A stretch of 63,711 bases of DNA, filler included, from Candidatus Babelota bacterium (GTDB taxonomy: Bacteria; JAGOBX01): assembly GCA_017999075.1 (NCBI GenBank). It is 9 parts of 9 records of this genome, joined end to end, with 100 filler letters (N's around TTAATTAATTAA, not from the genome) between each part and the next. Parts side by side here need not be neighbours in the genome. Positions count along the whole stretch, not along the records: positions 56,792 to 63,711 come from JAGOBX010000188.1; 8 more parts are not named here. One strand, given 5' to 3'. Of the stretch, positions 61,550 through 63,711 are shown piece by piece. Under the pieces are notes generated by a model. That model ran no database searches and was not told the DNA's origin. It saw only the letters and a list, made by a program, of their open reading frames with translations. Every line of letters starts with the position of its first letter. Position 1 is the stretch's first letter. A program made the translations under genes and the position numbers.

Positions 61550-62299
61550 TTATTTTTTCTTGAATAATTTTCCGAAAAAAGATAATCCTTTGGCTTTTGA
61601 TTGTCCGGCAGAAGCTTCAATTTTATCTTTGTTTGCCGAGTAGCATTCTTTGCAATAATGTTTTTCACCTATTTTTACAAGACATTCATCGCAATAATCA
61701 TTTCCGCATTCAGGGCATATTAAAAATGACTCTTTTGCAGGATGGTTTTTGCAAGGAAAATTTATTTTTGTATTTTGTAATGTATTTTCTGATTTTTGGT
61801 TTGATTCACTTTTTTTTTCTTGAGAAACCAGGGCTTCATTTCCTTTGTTTGCCGATTTATTCTGGTTATCTGAAGATTCGTTATTCGGAAAAACATTATT
61901 TCCTGATGAAGTTTCTGCTGGCTGCGCAACTTCAGTATTGAGAAAAGAAGATTGCTGCTGAATTTCAGCATATATAGGAGAAGCTGAAAATAAAACCCAT
62001 TGGTTTGTTTCTGAATCGAAAATGTAATCTTCAGGTTTTAGTTCGGAGTTTATTAATTTTTCTTTTATAGAATCTATAGTAAGTGGTTCGCTTTGGACAT
62101 TATTTACATAAAAATAATAAGTAGGTTTTAAATAAGCTTTGAATTGTTCGATTTGAGAAAGCATAACCCAGTTCTGAACAGAATTATCGAAAATATAAGA
62201 ATTTGAATTGATTATTCCCTGACCAATAAAATCAATAATTTGTTCTGTTGAGTAAGGCCCTTCCTGTTTTTCATTTAAGTATAAAAACCATTCATTCAT
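61550..62299 (-). CDS. Tandem GYF_2 (DUF4339)-like domains, low-complexity linker, B-box-like zinc finger
   Basis: 'WFLYLNEKQEGPYS...W' repeated as 'YYFYVNNVQSEPLT...W'; 'CKNHP...CPECG..YCDEC...YCKEC'. Confidence 0.8.
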   Translation of the reverse strand: MNEWFLYLNEKQEGPYSTEQIIDFIGQGIINSNSYIFDNSVQNWVMLSQIEQFKAYLKPTYYFYVNNVQSEPLTIDSIKEKLINSELKPEDYIFDSETNQWVLFSASPIYAEIQQQSSFLNTEVAQPAETSSGNNVFPNNESSDNQNKSANKGNEALVSQEKKSESNQKSENTLQNTKINFPCKNHPAKESFLICPECGNDYCDECLVKIGEKHYCKECYSANKDKIEASAGQSKAKGLSFFGKLFKKK

Positions 62300-62329
62300 A
62301 ATTTTTTTGTTTCCATAAAAATTTATTTT

Positions 62330-62417
62330 ATTATATTTGAAAACGTTAAATTGTCAATTAATTATTTTTTAATTTTGAAATTTTGTTTTTGACATTTTTC
62401 GTTTAATGAACTATTAT
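62330..62417. promoter_or_regulatory. Back-to-back divergent sigma70 promoters
   Basis: Minus strand: TTGACA (62357-62352)-16-TATAAT (62335-62330). Plus strand: TTGACA (62389-62394)-17-TATTAT (62412-62417). Confidence 0.7.
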
Positions 62418-62461
62418 TAAGATAAATTTTAAATGATATTTATATCTTAATAATTTGAAAT

Positions 62462-63711
62462 ATGATAAACAGAATTAGATATAAAGATTTGAAAAATATT
62501 ATAACTGCTGTAAAAATTCCGCACAATGATGTTACCGTTATAGAATCAGTTGGTTTTAAAGAAATTATAATAAAAAATAAAGATATTAAGAATGATATTA
62601 TTCATATTGCTGATTCTGAAAAAGTTAATCTGCCATCGGAAATATTCTTAAAAAAAGTATTAACAGATTATTTTTTATTAAACAAAAAAGAATGTATATC
62701 AAATTTCGAATGGATTTCCGGACAGATTGATGAGTATAAATTAAAGATAAAACCTGTTGATTATAAAAATTCTGTAATTCAGAATTTGCTAAGTCAGTTT
62801 GTAGAAATAATAAACGATAATTTTAAAAATAAAACTATTTTATTTCAATTTTCAAAAGTTCAGGAATTAGATTTGTTCTCTTTTTTTGTAATACGTAAAA
62901 TCCTTGACGATAATGTTTCATTTAACTATGCTTTTGTATTTGATCATAGAATTGTTCCTGCAGTAAAATCAGAAAAACTAAAATATGAAAATTATGTTGA
63001 AAAATTATTTTATGTTCTTGAATTTTGTATAGCTTTGAAGTTTTGGGCAAAAGCAGTTGCATTAGTAGATAAACTGCTTAAACTGGCCAATAAGATTTCA
63101 GATGAACATTTAAAAGGTCAGATAATTTTCCGCGCAGGAATGATTTACGTCAGACGCGGTTTGATGAAAAAAGCTGAAAATTATTATTCATTAAGTCAGA
63201 AAATATTTGAAAAAATAAATGATGTAGAAAATTGGATTAAAAGCACGAATAGTCTTGGTAATATTTATATCACTTTAGAAAAATATTCGGTTGCAAGCGA
63301 ACTGTTTAAACAGGCGCTTTCAATTTCTGAAGAAAAACAGGAAGATTATTCTCTGGCTGTGATATACGGCAGTATGGGTAATGTTCAAATTAAAGTGGGA
63401 AATTTTAATGAAGCGATAGATTATCTTTATAAATCTCTTGTATTCACTGCTCGCGGCGGTTATTTTCATAATGTTCAGCTTGTTTACGGTTTTCTCGGCG
63501 AAGCATATATGGGATTGAGAAATTATAAAAAAGCACAGTATTATTTTAAAATAGCATATAAATTTTCATGTCTTGAAAAATCTCAAATCAACCAGGGAAA
63601 TAATACTATGCGTATAGGAAAATTATATTCGGTAACCGGAGATATTCAGGAATGTAAAATTTATTATAAAAAATCTTTATTGATATTTAAAAAGATTAAT
63701 TACCTTTATGG
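62462..63711 (+). CDS. TPR-repeat protein (~40-aa repeats), runs off the window end; absent from the ORF track
   Basis: Manual translation from ATG 62462 is open to the end: 'STNSLGNIYITLEKYSVASELFKQALSI', 'IYGSMGNVQIKVGNFNEAIDYLYKSL', 'VYGFLGEAYMGLRNYKKAQYYFKIA'. Confidence 0.85.
   Translation, partial: MINRIRYKDLKNIITAVKIPHNDVTVIESVGFKEIIIKNKDIKNDIIHIADSEKVNLPSEIFLKKVLTDYFLLNKKECISNFEWISGQIDEYKLKIKPVDYKNSVIQNLLSQFVEIINDNFKNKTILFQFSKVQELDLFSFFVIRKILDDNVSFNYAFVFDHRIVPAVKSEKLKYENYVEKLFYVLEFCIALKFWAKAVALVDKLLKLANKISDEHLKGQIIFRAGMIYVRRGLMKKAENYYSLSQKIFEKINDVENWIKSTNSLGNIYITLEKYSVASELFKQALSISEEKQEDYSLAVIYGSMGNVQIKVGNFNEAIDYLYKSLVFTARGGYFHNVQLVYGFLGEAYMGLRNYKKAQYYFKIAYKFSCLEKSQINQGNNTMRIGKLYSVTGDIQECKIYYKKSLLIFKKINYLY

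Noticed and set aside
1-63711. CRISPR arrays, transposases, integrases, prophage or recognisable anti-phage defence genes
   Set aside because: No repeat-spacer array or diagnostic protein motif was seen in any of the nine contigs.

Overview
The window is not one locus. It is nine unrelated ~7 kb contigs of a draft or metagenome-assembled genome, sorted by decreasing length (7047, 7036, 7034, 7021, 7010, 6980, 6935, 6928, 6920 nt) and joined by artificial 100-nt linkers (N44-TTAATTAATTAA-N44). Gene neighbourhood is only meaningful within a contig. The organism is a very AT-rich, probably anaerobic diderm bacterium: it has an [FeFe]-hydrogenase, LptF/G, an LpxH-like enzyme and beta-barrel-like proteins, and uses the standard code 11. 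Housekeeping genes (leuS, pdp, comM, kup, creD, dacB, acs, cheD, tkt, clpB, tRNA-Leu) sit beside several unusual items. (1) A translationally coupled three-gene operon: MinD-like ATPase (RGGTGKS), ECF S-component-HAMP fusion without a catalytic output domain, and a large protein with a divergent S-adenosylhomocysteine-hydrolase fold. This is the best candidate for an undescribed system. (2) A stand-alone ~82-nt three-way-junction RNA candidate with its own consensus promoter and U-tract. (3) An hfs-like hydrogenase operon whose HydS-type sensor is reduced to PAS plus tail. (4) A degenerate RsbW-like domain fused to acetyl-CoA synthetase. (5) A giant repeat protein with a 10-module super-repeat, and a high density of D-[S/T]-hydrophobic motifs in it and in a large secreted protein. 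(6) A solute-binding protein paired with a membrane-bound CheA-like kinase. (7) A structured, possibly pseudoknotted 5' leader. All calls come from reading motifs by eye; no database searches were run.
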